A stretch of 32,000 nt of DNA from Candidatus Heimdallarchaeota archaeon B3_Heim (GTDB taxonomy: Archaea; Asgardarchaeota; Heimdallarchaeia; Hodarchaeales; Hodarchaeaceae). The notes below the pieces were generated by a model, which was not told where the DNA came from, made no database searches, and was given only the letters and a program-made list of their open reading frames with translations. The DNA lies in the NCBI GenBank assembly GCA_003144275.1, contig NJBF01000015.1, forward strand, positions 30,001 through 62,000, written 5' to 3'. Shown here in pieces: positions 1 through 8,688 of this stretch; position 1 is the first letter of the stretch; each line of letters begins with the position of its first letter. Made by a program: the position numbers and the translations under genes.

Positions 1-2
1 AA

Positions 3-353
3 AAGAAGATTTCACCTCTCGACGCTCTTTGCCATCAATTTGAGGAGCATCTCCAATATGATCCAGGTGAAAGGGATATGTTAGTTATGGTTCACCAGTT
101 TGAATATGTAGTGGACTCTGGAATGGAAAAGATAACCTCTACAATGATTGATTATGGAATTCCTCATGGCGACAGTTCTATGTCTAGAACGGTAGGTCTA
201 CCTGCAGCTATAGGAGTTCGTATGATTTTAGAGGGGACTATTACTGATCGTGGAGTATTGGTTCCTGTTAAGAAAACAATTTACGAACCAATTCTGAAAG
301 AATTGGAAGAAATGAATATTCGCTTTACTGAAAGACTAGAAAAAGTGAAATGA
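3..353 (+). CDS. Saccharopine dehydrogenase (Lys9/saccharopine reductase-like), C-terminal part; 5' truncated by window edge
   Basis: Frame is open from position 3: KKISPLDALCHQFEEHLQYDPGERDMLVMVHQF...STMIDYGIPHGDSSMSRTVGLPAAIG...IYEPILKELEE, which matches the recalled C-terminal motifs of the family. Confidence 0.85.
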   Translation, partial: KKISPLDALCHQFEEHLQYDPGERDMLVMVHQFEYVVDSGMEKITSTMIDYGIPHGDSSMSRTVGLPAAIGVRMILEGTITDRGVLVPVKKTIYEPILKELEEMNIRFTERLEKVK

Positions 354-390
354 TTCTTTTTTCCATTTTTATTTTTCTTAATTTCTTTTA
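354..390. terminator. T-rich tract between convergent genes, probable archaeal oligo-U terminator
   Basis: ttcttttttccatttttatttttcttaatttctttta immediately follows the stop at 353. Confidence 0.4.
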
Positions 391-1209
391 TTTCCTTCTT
401 CGATCACAATACGCGACGAAAATTGTCGAATCTTCTACAAAACCTAATTTTTTGTAGAGTTGAATGGCTCCTTGATTAGATTTTTCTACCCAGAGAAAAA
501 TCATCTTGATCAATCTGTCTGTAAGAATTTCCTGACATAATTTTGTTAATGTTTTGTGAGAATATCCTTGTTTTCGTTCTAATAGTTTTGTTTCAATTCC
601 CCTAAGAATTGCGAATGAAAATTCATCATTCTGAAGAATGTGAGGAGCAGAGGCAAAACTAGCAATCTCCTTTCCTTTTAGATACCCATAAGCTATCCCT
701 CCAGTCAGATGTCTATATCTTTTAGGAATGTTAACACGATTATTAGGAAAGCGAATTACAGAATCAAGATCAATCCATCCTGGATTAAACGTTTCAACTG
801 AAAGTTGGTAGGTAGTATATGTATTGTATGTATTAGTCTTTTCGTTTGTCTCCAATGATCTGAAGTTCGTAAATTTTTCTTGGATACTTGGCCACAATGA
901 ACTATCATGAAAAATCAATACTGAATTGGTATTAAACCACTGAATCTTTTTCTTTAAAGACCAAACTCTACTACTTGACAGATGATACTTGTTTTCATAG
1001 TGAAAGATGTAATCATAGGGATTCAAAGAGTAATTATATAGAAGAGTCCTAGGTTTTTGCGCTAGATACCAATGAATGTAACAAGTCTGCGATAATGGTT
1101 CCTCAGCAAATTTCGTGAAGAATTTTCGTTCCTTTTTTTTTTTGGAACTACCAATAGGAGGAAGGAATCTGTCCCAAACCATGGTATGAGCCTCTAAACC
1201 AATTTTCAC
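388..1209 (-). CDS. GNAT-family N-acetyltransferase (C-terminal GNAT domain, uncharacterised N-terminal half)
   Basis: Motif A-like IETKLLERKQGYS and motif B LWVEKSNQGAIQLYKKLGF. Start may be the ATG at 1182. Confidence 0.75.
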   Translation of the reverse strand: MKIGLEAHTMVWDRFLPPIGSSKKKKERKFFTKFAEEPLSQTCYIHWYLAQKPRTLLYNYSLNPYDYIFHYENKYHLSSSRVWSLKKKIQWFNTNSVLIFHDSSLWPSIQEKFTNFRSLETNEKTNTYNTYTTYQLSVETFNPGWIDLDSVIRFPNNRVNIPKRYRHLTGGIAYGYLKGKEIASFASAPHILQNDEFSFAILRGIETKLLERKQGYSHKTLTKLCQEILTDRLIKMIFLWVEKSNQGAIQLYKKLGFVEDSTIFVAYCDRRRK

Positions 1210-1238
1210 GCTTTCATTGGAAAGATGGTATTGTTATG

Positions 1239-2150
1239 TCACCCATCGAAAACAGGTGCTTTTTCCTTATTTTGCTCGGAAAGCGGATGTCCGAGTTCAT
1301 ATGATTTACGTAAATGCTCTAAACTAACATGTGTATACAGTTGAGTTGTTGAAAGGGAAGCATGACCAAGTAGTTCTTGTATTACACGGATATCAACCGA
1401 ATTAGCAAGTAAATGTGTCGCGAAGGCATGTCTAAGAGTATGAGGGGTTAATTTCTTATCATGAAAATTTGCTTCTTCCCTGTACTTTTTTACCATTCGT
1501 TGTATTGAACGTGAAGTTAATCGCTTACCTGATCGATTCAAGATCAATGCAGATGAGGAGGTATTCCTACGTCGATTTTCTAAGTGTTCTTCGATGATTG
1601 GGATGAGTACATCAGGTAGAGGGATCATCCGGTCTTTGTTTCCTTTTCCTCCAATAATTCTTATCATACGATTACCCAGGTCAATACAGTCTAAATCTAG
1701 ATTACTCAATTCAGATACTCGCATTCCAGTTCCATAAAGGAGAAATAAGATTGTCCGATCTCTTACATTATCAGGTGTATTTAGTAATTGTAGTGTATCT
1801 TCTACAGAAATTATTTTCGGTAAGCTTTTGGGAATTTTGGGAGATTCAATATTCTCGGCTGGGTTGGCTGAGATAAATGCTTCCTTCTTAAGAAATTTGT
1901 AGAATGATTTAAGGGAGCATATTTTTCTATGTAAACTACGTGGTGAGTATTTTTTCTCACGCTTTAAATGCAAAAAGAAACGACGTAAATCAGTTGTCGT
2001 TCTCATTTCAATAGATCTTTCATTATTAAAATTATTGAACATCTGAAGGTCGTAAGAATATTCCCGAATGGTCTTTGAGGAATATCCTTTTTCTACTTCT
2101 AACCATACTAGGTAATCATCGATTAACATAGTTTGGTAATTTGACGACAT
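1239..2150 (-). CDS. xerA: XerC/D-family tyrosine recombinase (archaeal XerA)
   Basis: N-terminal core-binding domain (DDYLVWLEVEKGYSSKTIREYSYDL) and a full catalytic set: GTGMRVSE (R), GKGNKDR (K), PHTLRHAFATH (HxxR), LLGHASLSTTQLYTHV (H, Y). ATG at 2150 preferred over the ORF-track start at 2189. Confidence 0.93.
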   Translation of the reverse strand: MSSNYQTMLIDDYLVWLEVEKGYSSKTIREYSYDLQMFNNFNNERSIEMRTTTDLRRFFLHLKREKKYSPRSLHRKICSLKSFYKFLKKEAFISANPAENIESPKIPKSLPKIISVEDTLQLLNTPDNVRDRTILFLLYGTGMRVSELSNLDLDCIDLGNRMIRIIGGKGNKDRMIPLPDVLIPIIEEHLENRRRNTSSSALILNRSGKRLTSRSIQRMVKKYREEANFHDKKLTPHTLRHAFATHLLANSVDIRVIQELLGHASLSTTQLYTHVSLEHLRKSYELGHPLSEQNKEKAPVFDG

Positions 2151-2203
2151 AGAATATAATCGCGGATAATACCTACAGATTATCCCCAATTGTATTGGAG
2201 CCT

Positions 2204-2719
2204 TTATTTATAGAGTCTATTTACTAGATTCGCTTTCGCTTGATCTTCATCGTAATTAATCAATTCTGCTCTGTGAAGCTCATGAAGGGAATGAAGGACT
2301 ATTGCTGCAGAAAAACCAGTAGCTTTAGTTAGCTCTTCACGGGTCATATCTGCTTTATCTCCATGTAGGAGATATAATATCTTCGCATGGGGTTTACCAG
2401 CGAAAACTTTTTCTAGCAATGTGATATAGATTCCTAAAAGTTGTTTTATATCCAGAGTAGTTTCTTGCTGTCCAGAAAGTTCAGTGAATAGCTCCGAGAT
2501 CTTTTTAAATTCGGTTTCTAAGGATATATACTCAAACTCAAGTTGTTGTTTTTGTAAATTTGCTTGGCTTAATTTTTCTTCTCGTTCTCTGAGAGCAGCC
2601 TCTTTATCCTGTAATTCTTTCTGAGTTTTACTTAGATTATTTTCCATTGAGACTATGGTATTTTTCACTCGTTCTATGGTTGGAATAATCTCTTCTATCT
2701 TCAGGGGTTCATCTTCCAT
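2204..2719 (-). CDS. Hypothetical protein: long N-terminal coiled coil plus C-terminal winged helix-turn-helix
   Basis: Heptad-rich E/K/Q/L stretch over about residues 10-85, then PHAKILYLLH...MTREELTKATGFSAAIVLHSLHELHRAELINYDE (wHTH pattern). ATG at 2719 is preceded by SD-like GAGGTG. Confidence 0.65.
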   Translation of the reverse strand: MEDEPLKIEEIIPTIERVKNTIVSMENNLSKTQKELQDKEAALREREEKLSQANLQKQQLEFEYISLETEFKKISELFTELSGQQETTLDIKQLLGIYITLLEKVFAGKPHAKILYLLHGDKADMTREELTKATGFSAAIVLHSLHELHRAELINYDEDQAKANLVNRLYK

Positions 2720-2853
2720 CTTTAAATCCACCTCTCTAACAGTAGATCCTATGCGTTTTTAGAAATATAATGCTTGTTAATGAAATGAATCCAAAAACAA
2801 TATCTATATTACAGAATTTTCTAAATTTTCCGTTCTAAAAAAGAGATTTTCAA

Positions 2854-3783
2854 TCAATATGGGTTAAAAAGTATGAGATAGCCAGGTGAATTGAAAAAAT
2901 GAGGTAATGCGTGAATGGGCTCTTCCTCCCATACCCTACGGGTCGGATTGTGAACCATGATAGATTCAGAATAATTCCACGAATGTTTCATGGAATGAGT
3001 AAGCTCAACAATCGGTTTAGTCAACTTTTCACTCAATTTGTAAAAACGAGCCAGTTTATAGAGAGAGATAAACAATACTTCAATGTTGAAAGATGTAAGC
3101 ACTTTTTCTACTTCATGGAGAATCAAAGATTTGATTTCTTCAGGGTTTACCTCCATATCAGGCCAGTTGGGGGTAAATATTTGTCTATACTCAATGAAAT
3201 CTCCAATATTTAAACGGGCGATGTTGAAATTTTTGGGGAAAAAATCATTCTGGTCTTTAACAATACCAGTGGCAATTTTACGATCAGTAGGAAAATCATT
3301 ACCTCTTTCTAAGGTTAAATTACTCGAAAAGGGTAAAAAGCTGGTACACGCGTCTACATCATGTCCTTTCCTTGTTGTAGGATGTGTGTTCTTATCCGTT
3401 AGCAGAGAATATTGTCCAAACGATTCAAAGTTATCCTCAGAATGTGTTTCAAAGCGTAATTTTGGTAATTCAGTAAAATCAAGATTAGTACCAATAATAG
3501 AGAGATTTAATTTTTCTGCTATAGGGAAGAAGAATTGAGCTGTATTCTGAGCCGTAGCACCATCACATATAAAGAGCGTATCCAAGGAGGACAGTGAATC
3601 GTTTTCTTTGTGAAAATTTTCTGTAAATTTTCGGGAAATCACGGAATAACGTGGAAAACCTAGAAATTCTCTATATAGCTTGTGTGTATGCGTCCTAAAA
3701 AATGAATAATCAGGCATACATAATAATTTTCTCTTTTCAGCGGGAGAAAGAATGCCTTGATCTATTAAGAGAGTTTCTAACAA
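2854..3783 (-). CDS. Hypothetical protein, possibly a degenerate Rossmann/SAM-methyltransferase-like fold
   Basis: 309-aa ORF filling the gap between genes, TTG start. DTLFICDGATAQ...LSIIGTNLD loosely resembles motifs I/II; function not recognisable. Confidence 0.5.
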   Translation of the reverse strand: MLETLLIDQGILSPAEKRKLLCMPDYSFFRTHTHKLYREFLGFPRYSVISRKFTENFHKENDSLSSLDTLFICDGATAQNTAQFFFPIAEKLNLSIIGTNLDFTELPKLRFETHSEDNFESFGQYSLLTDKNTHPTTRKGHDVDACTSFLPFSSNLTLERGNDFPTDRKIATGIVKDQNDFFPKNFNIARLNIGDFIEYRQIFTPNWPDMEVNPEEIKSLILHEVEKVLTSFNIEVLFISLYKLARFYKLSEKLTKPIVELTHSMKHSWNYSESIMVHNPTRRVWEEEPIHALPHFFNSPGYLILFNPY

Positions 3784-3924
3784 AGTAAGTCAAAGAAATC
3801 TCTGACGTTTTTTAAATTCTTTTAGATTAGTAATGTAGAGGAAATGAATTTTTACCCCTCCTGTAAATCCAATTCTATAGTTAGATAGGATTTAATGATG
3901 CATTTAAATATGAGGGACCGTTGA

Positions 3925-4938
3925 TTGAGTGATTATGATTTAGAAATTGATCAAATTGTTCAAAAGATTCAGGAAAATAACTATCAATCAGTCCTAATTC
4001 AATTTCCAGAGGGCATGTTGGATAAACCTCTTAAGAGAATTAAGGAAATTCTTTCAAAAGAAAACATTAAGGTTTATGTTGCAGGAGATCCTAGCTATGG
4101 GGTTTGTGATTTAGCAGTGGACTTAGCGAAGAAACTTGGGTGTGAATTATTGATACACTTCGGCCATTCGCAATTTGGTTTTCAGAATCAGGTGAATTCT
4201 GCATCATCAGAATCTCTCGATGTAATATTAGTACCAGCTTACTATATACCACCAAATGCACTGGATTATAGCCCTCTCATTACTGAAATTACAAAAAAGA
4301 AGTGGAAAACTATCGGTTTGGCTGCAACTATTCAACATATTAAGAGTTTGGATGATTTTGAAGAAATTCTTAAAGTAAATGATTTTCAAGTCATTAGATA
4401 TGATTCCGGACAGATCTTGGGATGTCACGTCAATTCGCTCCATAAAGGGATGAATGACTGTGATGGTTTTGTAAGTTTTCATGCTGGATATTTTCATACT
4501 CACGGGATTTTACTTAATACAAATAAGCCGTTAATCCAATTTAATCCCTATAGTGGGAATATCATAAATTATGAGAAAGCTGATCATCATAAAGCAATCC
4601 AACAGCGTTTTACATTGCTTACTAAGGCAAAAAAGGCGCAAAAGTGGGGTATCCTAGGAAGTTCAAAACTTGGTCAGTATAATTGGAAAATGATTTCTAA
4701 AATTCAATCTTTATTAGCGGAACGCGAGATTGACAACTTAATCGTTGTAGCTGAGAATATAAACCCTCAGGTACTAGCAAATTTTGCCTTGATTGATGCG
4801 TGGGTGGTGACTGCGTGTCCTCGCATTGCTATTGATGATAAAATCCGATTTTTCAAGCCTGTTGTAACATTTAGGGAATTTCTCTATCTTTTCGACCAAT
4901 TAAAATGGGAAAATTTACTGGAACAAGGTTTCTTTTAG
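3925..4938 (+). CDS. dph2: Diphthamide biosynthesis protein Dph2 (2-(3-amino-3-carboxypropyl)histidine synthase)
   Basis: VLIQFPEGM, SYGVCDL, LLIHFGHS, QILGC and VTACPRIAIDD; all three Fe-S-ligating Cys motifs are present. Confidence 0.95.
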   Translation: MSDYDLEIDQIVQKIQENNYQSVLIQFPEGMLDKPLKRIKEILSKENIKVYVAGDPSYGVCDLAVDLAKKLGCELLIHFGHSQFGFQNQVNSASSESLDVILVPAYYIPPNALDYSPLITEITKKKWKTIGLAATIQHIKSLDDFEEILKVNDFQVIRYDSGQILGCHVNSLHKGMNDCDGFVSFHAGYFHTHGILLNTNKPLIQFNPYSGNIINYEKADHHKAIQQRFTLLTKAKKAQKWGILGSSKLGQYNWKMISKIQSLLAEREIDNLIVVAENINPQVLANFALIDAWVVTACPRIAIDDKIRFFKPVVTFREFLYLFDQLKWENLLEQGFF

Positions 4939-5070
4939 TTATAATGCATTTGAGATTGAAGAAGCAATCCTCGGATTGTTTTACTAGTTTTACTTTTATA
5001 TCTAGAGTTGTAATAATGTAGGTGTAGATATTATTACCATAAGTGCGTACTATAGTCGGAGACTGTTTGA

Positions 5071-6024
5071 TTGAAGGAAAAACCAATTAGTGATCTATCT
5101 CCTCTCAGATCGAAGGAGAGAATATCCACACAATTGGAAACCAAATCACTCAGAGGATCAGATTTATTGGTGATTCTTTCTGATGAGGGAGGGTTGCCTG
5201 TGTATACGAGATTTGTACAAGTTAGTGATCTTGGTGAAATAGTTTATAAGGATACTCCTTCTACACGCGCAAGTAACGAAAATGTGGTCCTAATTTCAGG
5301 TTTGCTTGAAGCTATTATTCAACTTAAAGATATTCTTAAACCTACATTGACAGATTTGACTGGTAAACCCAATTCACCGATTTATGTTGATTATGCAAAA
5401 GCAGAAAGTGGGATTAGTCTACTATCAATGGCCTCCTCACCAGATTTTCAACAGCTTCCTGGTCATCTTCTAAGCCAGTATGCTCCTTTTCAGACTGATA
5501 CCAATCTGTCAGGAGCAGATTCATGGGAAAAAACCTTTGAAGAAGCAATGGAAAGTCCATTAGGTGAAGACGCTGCCATCTATAAGCATATCCTGAGTAA
5601 AATCAAAACAGATTTAGCTGATTTTGTGTCCTTTATCCTCGTATACGATTATGAAGGGAATTATTTATTTTCAACAGCAAAACAGCAGGAACTTCCGGGA
5701 GTTGCAGATCCGTTACTGAATTCTATATCGCAGTACATCAAACGAGAATATTTAATGAGTAAATATCGGGAAAGTCTGTCATTAATCGGCGTAAAAAGAT
5801 TACATGATTCAGTTATTTGGCATTTCAAATGCTTCGATAAAATCTTTGTCTTCTTTACATATGTCATTCCTGATCTATATGATTTCGACATTCTGAAAAC
5901 AGAAATGATTACTTTTATCACAAATAACTTAGAGAAGTTCATAAAAGCAACAAAATTGTATTCAACTCCTCCTGGTTCAGTTTCTAGTAATATTAAGACG
6001 ACTCGATTTACATTTTTATCTTAA
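5071..6024 (+). CDS. Hypothetical protein with two probable longin-like domains
   Basis: Two beta-beta-alpha-beta-beta-beta-alpha patterns: LLVILSDEGGLPVYTR...VLISGLLEAIIQL and FVSFILVYDYEGNYLFS...LLNSISQYI...IWHFKCFDKIFVFFT. The fold call is by eye. Confidence 0.5.
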   Translation: MKEKPISDLSPLRSKERISTQLETKSLRGSDLLVILSDEGGLPVYTRFVQVSDLGEIVYKDTPSTRASNENVVLISGLLEAIIQLKDILKPTLTDLTGKPNSPIYVDYAKAESGISLLSMASSPDFQQLPGHLLSQYAPFQTDTNLSGADSWEKTFEEAMESPLGEDAAIYKHILSKIKTDLADFVSFILVYDYEGNYLFSTAKQQELPGVADPLLNSISQYIKREYLMSKYRESLSLIGVKRLHDSVIWHFKCFDKIFVFFTYVIPDLYDFDILKTEMITFITNNLEKFIKATKLYSTPPGSVSSNIKTTRFTFLS

Positions 6025-6127
6025 ATTATGAACAATCAGACATACGTATTTAGTGAGAAATATTTTTAATGACTTTGAATCCAGAAGGGGAGTACGGTTA
6101 CTGAAATTTATTAAAATTTGATTCAAA

Positions 6128-6922
6128 ATGTCTAGTGACAGATCGGATGATCCAAAGGTAGAATTTGCTAAATCAGGACGATCCAAATGTCGAGGGTGTC
6201 AGGAAAAGATTTCTAAGGATATACTTAGGATTGGGGTTCCCTCGCCATTTACCACACCAAAAGGGGAAGTAATTACCTCTTATCGCTACTACCATGTAAA
6301 ATGTATTCCTCGTTACACAATTCAAGACGTAATTTCATTCTTAACAAAGGAAAAACTCGATAATTCGAATTTGCAGATTGATACACTAGCTAGCCTGAAT
6401 CAAATGTTACAAACTGAACCTTCAAAAGAGATAAAATCTGAACAGCAAATTCAAGAACCCTTTCTCGAATATGCGAAGAGTTCACGAGGTAAATGCAGGC
6501 ATTGTGAAGATAAAATTGAGAAAAATTCATTACGAGCCGCAGAACCAGCGTTAGTTGAGTTAGATGATGATAGGCGATTTGTAACACATAAATATTATCA
6601 TCTGGATTGTTATTTGAACAATTCTAACGAGCCTAAAGGCTTGATAAATTCACTAATTGATATTTCGCTCAATAAACAGACGATTGACGAAGGGCAAGTT
6701 GAGGAAATTAAAGGAAGATTTAGCGACTTATATGCAGAAGGAACTGGCGTGGATGAAATTCTTGCGACAATAGGGGTGGAGGCAGTAACTTTCACAATTT
6801 TACGTTCTCGTGCGAAAGAAAAAGGTGTTAAATTTAAGCAAATTGAAAAAGCGATAGATAGGGGTTTGGTACAAGGGGAATTTTTTAAGCCTACACCTGA
6901 TACTGTACAAAAACTGTCCTAG
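6128..6922 (+). CDS. Tandem PARP-type zinc finger protein with C-terminal winged-helix-like domain
   Basis: Two C-x2-C-x31-H-x2-C fingers with the family signature E[FY]AKS[GS]R.KC..C..KI.K..LR...YH..C (residues 11-59 and 113-161). C-terminus ...GVKFKQIEKAIDRGLVQGEFFKPTPDTVQKL resembles MCM/RPA-type terminal wHTH. Confidence 0.85.
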   Translation: MSSDRSDDPKVEFAKSGRSKCRGCQEKISKDILRIGVPSPFTTPKGEVITSYRYYHVKCIPRYTIQDVISFLTKEKLDNSNLQIDTLASLNQMLQTEPSKEIKSEQQIQEPFLEYAKSSRGKCRHCEDKIEKNSLRAAEPALVELDDDRRFVTHKYYHLDCYLNNSNEPKGLINSLIDISLNKQTIDEGQVEEIKGRFSDLYAEGTGVDEILATIGVEAVTFTILRSRAKEKGVKFKQIEKAIDRGLVQGEFFKPTPDTVQKLS

Positions 6923-6989
6923 CAACTGATTTCCACTTTTAGAATGAGGAAAAGTAATTGCAAAAACAAAAGTTTCTCAATGAAATTAT

Positions 6990-7577
6990 TTATGTAAAAA
7001 ATTCTACTAAAGAGAGGAAGGCTACTTTAGCTACGGTTTTATATCCCTGTACTGATAAGTGCACTCCGTCTCCGACTCCACACCGTGGTTTCAACCTCCC
7101 TTCTTCTGATAAACTGGGATATACATCTATTACATACGAATCCAAATTGGAAAGAATTAGTTGATTCAAATTTCTAACATGTTTCCCAAGGCCACCTATG
7201 TTCATCGGTGGAATAGTTAGTACAAAACACGGTATTTGGGTCGAATTGCAATATTGAAAAGCTTGTTCAATGGTTTGCCAAATATCTTCAATTTGTCTTC
7301 CCATCCCTATGTCATTGGCTCCTCCCCACAACAATACACAAGAATACTGATTTAAATTCGGAATAATCAATAATCTGCGTAAAATATCAGATGAAAATTC
7401 TCCACATATACCTTCATTATCTAATTCAAAGGAAAAATCGGGAAATCTCTTTAAAAGATCTACCTCTAACCAGAATTCATAGGTACTTTTAGGATTACCT
7501 CCAAAATGAGGATCAAATTGAGGAAAACCTGCAGTATGCGAATTACCAATGCACAATATTTTTCTTAATTGTACCAT
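6990..7577 (-). CDS. SGNH/GDSL hydrolase family esterase
   Basis: Block I CIGNSHTAG, block II GICGE, block III WGGANDI, block V DGVHLS. Confidence 0.88.
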   Translation of the reverse strand: MVQLRKILCIGNSHTAGFPQFDPHFGGNPKSTYEFWLEVDLLKRFPDFSFELDNEGICGEFSSDILRRLLIIPNLNQYSCVLLWGGANDIGMGRQIEDIWQTIEQAFQYCNSTQIPCFVLTIPPMNIGGLGKHVRNLNQLILSNLDSYVIDVYPSLSEEGRLKPRCGVGDGVHLSVQGYKTVAKVAFLSLVEFFT

Positions 7578-7589
7578 GAGAATCAGTGA

Positions 7590-8378
7590 CTATGACGTCT
7601 TTGGGGAATCTAAAATATTAAGGATAGAAGGAAGATCAATTTGGCCATAATCAGTCTTTTTAGAATAAATAAACGCACCAAGTAGGAAGATTAGGTATAA
7701 AATTACATTGAAATATACCAACCAATCAAGAATGTTCCAAGATACTGTGAGTAAGTTTAATTGTTCAATTCCTTTCAAAACTAGCCAACAAAATACAGAA
7801 ACAAAGGTGTATACAAGTGTAATGGCACCTAGTCTAAAAACTCGTTGTGCAAGAATCATTAATCTAATTTCTTCGTCTTCAAAATTATCCAAGATGAGAT
7901 TGACTCTTTTATAAGCCATGAAAAGAAGATAGATAACTGAAATGAAACTTGCGAGATATAAAAAGACCTCAATTCGAACAGGATCAACTAGCAAGTAAAT
8001 ATCTGGATTAATAGCAGTAAACACAGACATACCTATAGATCCACCAAAAATTGGTAGAGAGTATCGCTCAAATGTATTGGTAGTGTTTAAAAATGCAGAG
8101 AAGTACGCGTTTCCGACTTCCAAAAATATAACCCAAACAAAAATGTTAGCCAGAAGGAAAAAATTAATTGGAGGAATTTCGGGTAAAAAAACTGCAAGAA
8201 GGAAGAACACGAAAATCGAACAGGAAGAGATGAAAATTAACGAAATATGAAGCAGAATAGGTTCCTCTTTTTGCCTGAAAATGCGAAAAAATGACATCCC
8301 ATTCAGTAAGGAAAATCCAGCACAGAGCAAAAGAGGTATTCCCAGTATTAGTGATTCAATAAGGGACATGTTATTCAT
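7590..8378 (-). CDS. Polytopic membrane protein with about 7 TM helices, function unknown
   Basis: About seven hydrophobic segments of roughly 20 residues; no mid-helix Lys in the last helix. Confidence 0.7.
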   Translation of the reverse strand: MNNMSLIESLILGIPLLLCAGFSLLNGMSFFRIFRQKEEPILLHISLIFISSCSIFVFFLLAVFLPEIPPINFFLLANIFVWVIFLEVGNAYFSAFLNTTNTFERYSLPIFGGSIGMSVFTAINPDIYLLVDPVRIEVFLYLASFISVIYLLFMAYKRVNLILDNFEDEEIRLMILAQRVFRLGAITLVYTFVSVFCWLVLKGIEQLNLLTVSWNILDWLVYFNVILYLIFLLGAFIYSKKTDYGQIDLPSILNILDSPKTS

Positions 8379-8586
8379 CCCCTAAAAGTTTCTTTTTATC
8401 GAGCCCAAGCTCATGGTAAATTCTAGCTGCGTACTCTTTGGACCATTCTTCAGTTTTTTCTTCTAGTACTTTGGCAGCTAGAACAGAAATTTTTAGATTT
8501 AGTATTTTTGCATTCTTTTCCAAGTGTTCTAGTGTTTTTTTGTTAATTCTGATGGATAAGACTCTTGTGGATACCAAATAACTCAC
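8371..8586 (-). CDS. Ribbon-helix-helix (CopG/MetJ-like) DNA-binding protein
   Basis: TRVLSIRINKKTLEHLEKNAKILNLKISVLAAKVLEE shows the alternating beta strand plus two helices. GTG start; overlaps the next gene by 8 nt. Confidence 0.65.
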   Translation of the reverse strand: MSYLVSTRVLSIRINKKTLEHLEKNAKILNLKISVLAAKVLEEKTEEWSKEYAARIYHELGLDKKKLLGDE

Positions 8587-8688
8587 CCTATTCCTATTTC
8601 ATACAATAGTAGCCAAGTGTAATCGTTGTACACAAGCAATTATCAATAACCATTTTAATCTTCTGTAAGTGTTTATAAATGCCGAGAC

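Noticed and set aside
1239-2150. Tyrosine recombinase as the integrase of a provirus or integrative element
   Set aside because: The sequence is XerC/D-like, the flanks are housekeeping genes, and I saw no att repeats, adjacent tRNA, viral or conjugation genes, or obvious compositional shift.
7590-8378. 7TM protein as a rhodopsin or heliorhodopsin
   Set aside because: The last helix (WLVYFNVILYLIFLLGAFIY) has no retinal-binding Lys, and there are no counter-ion motifs.
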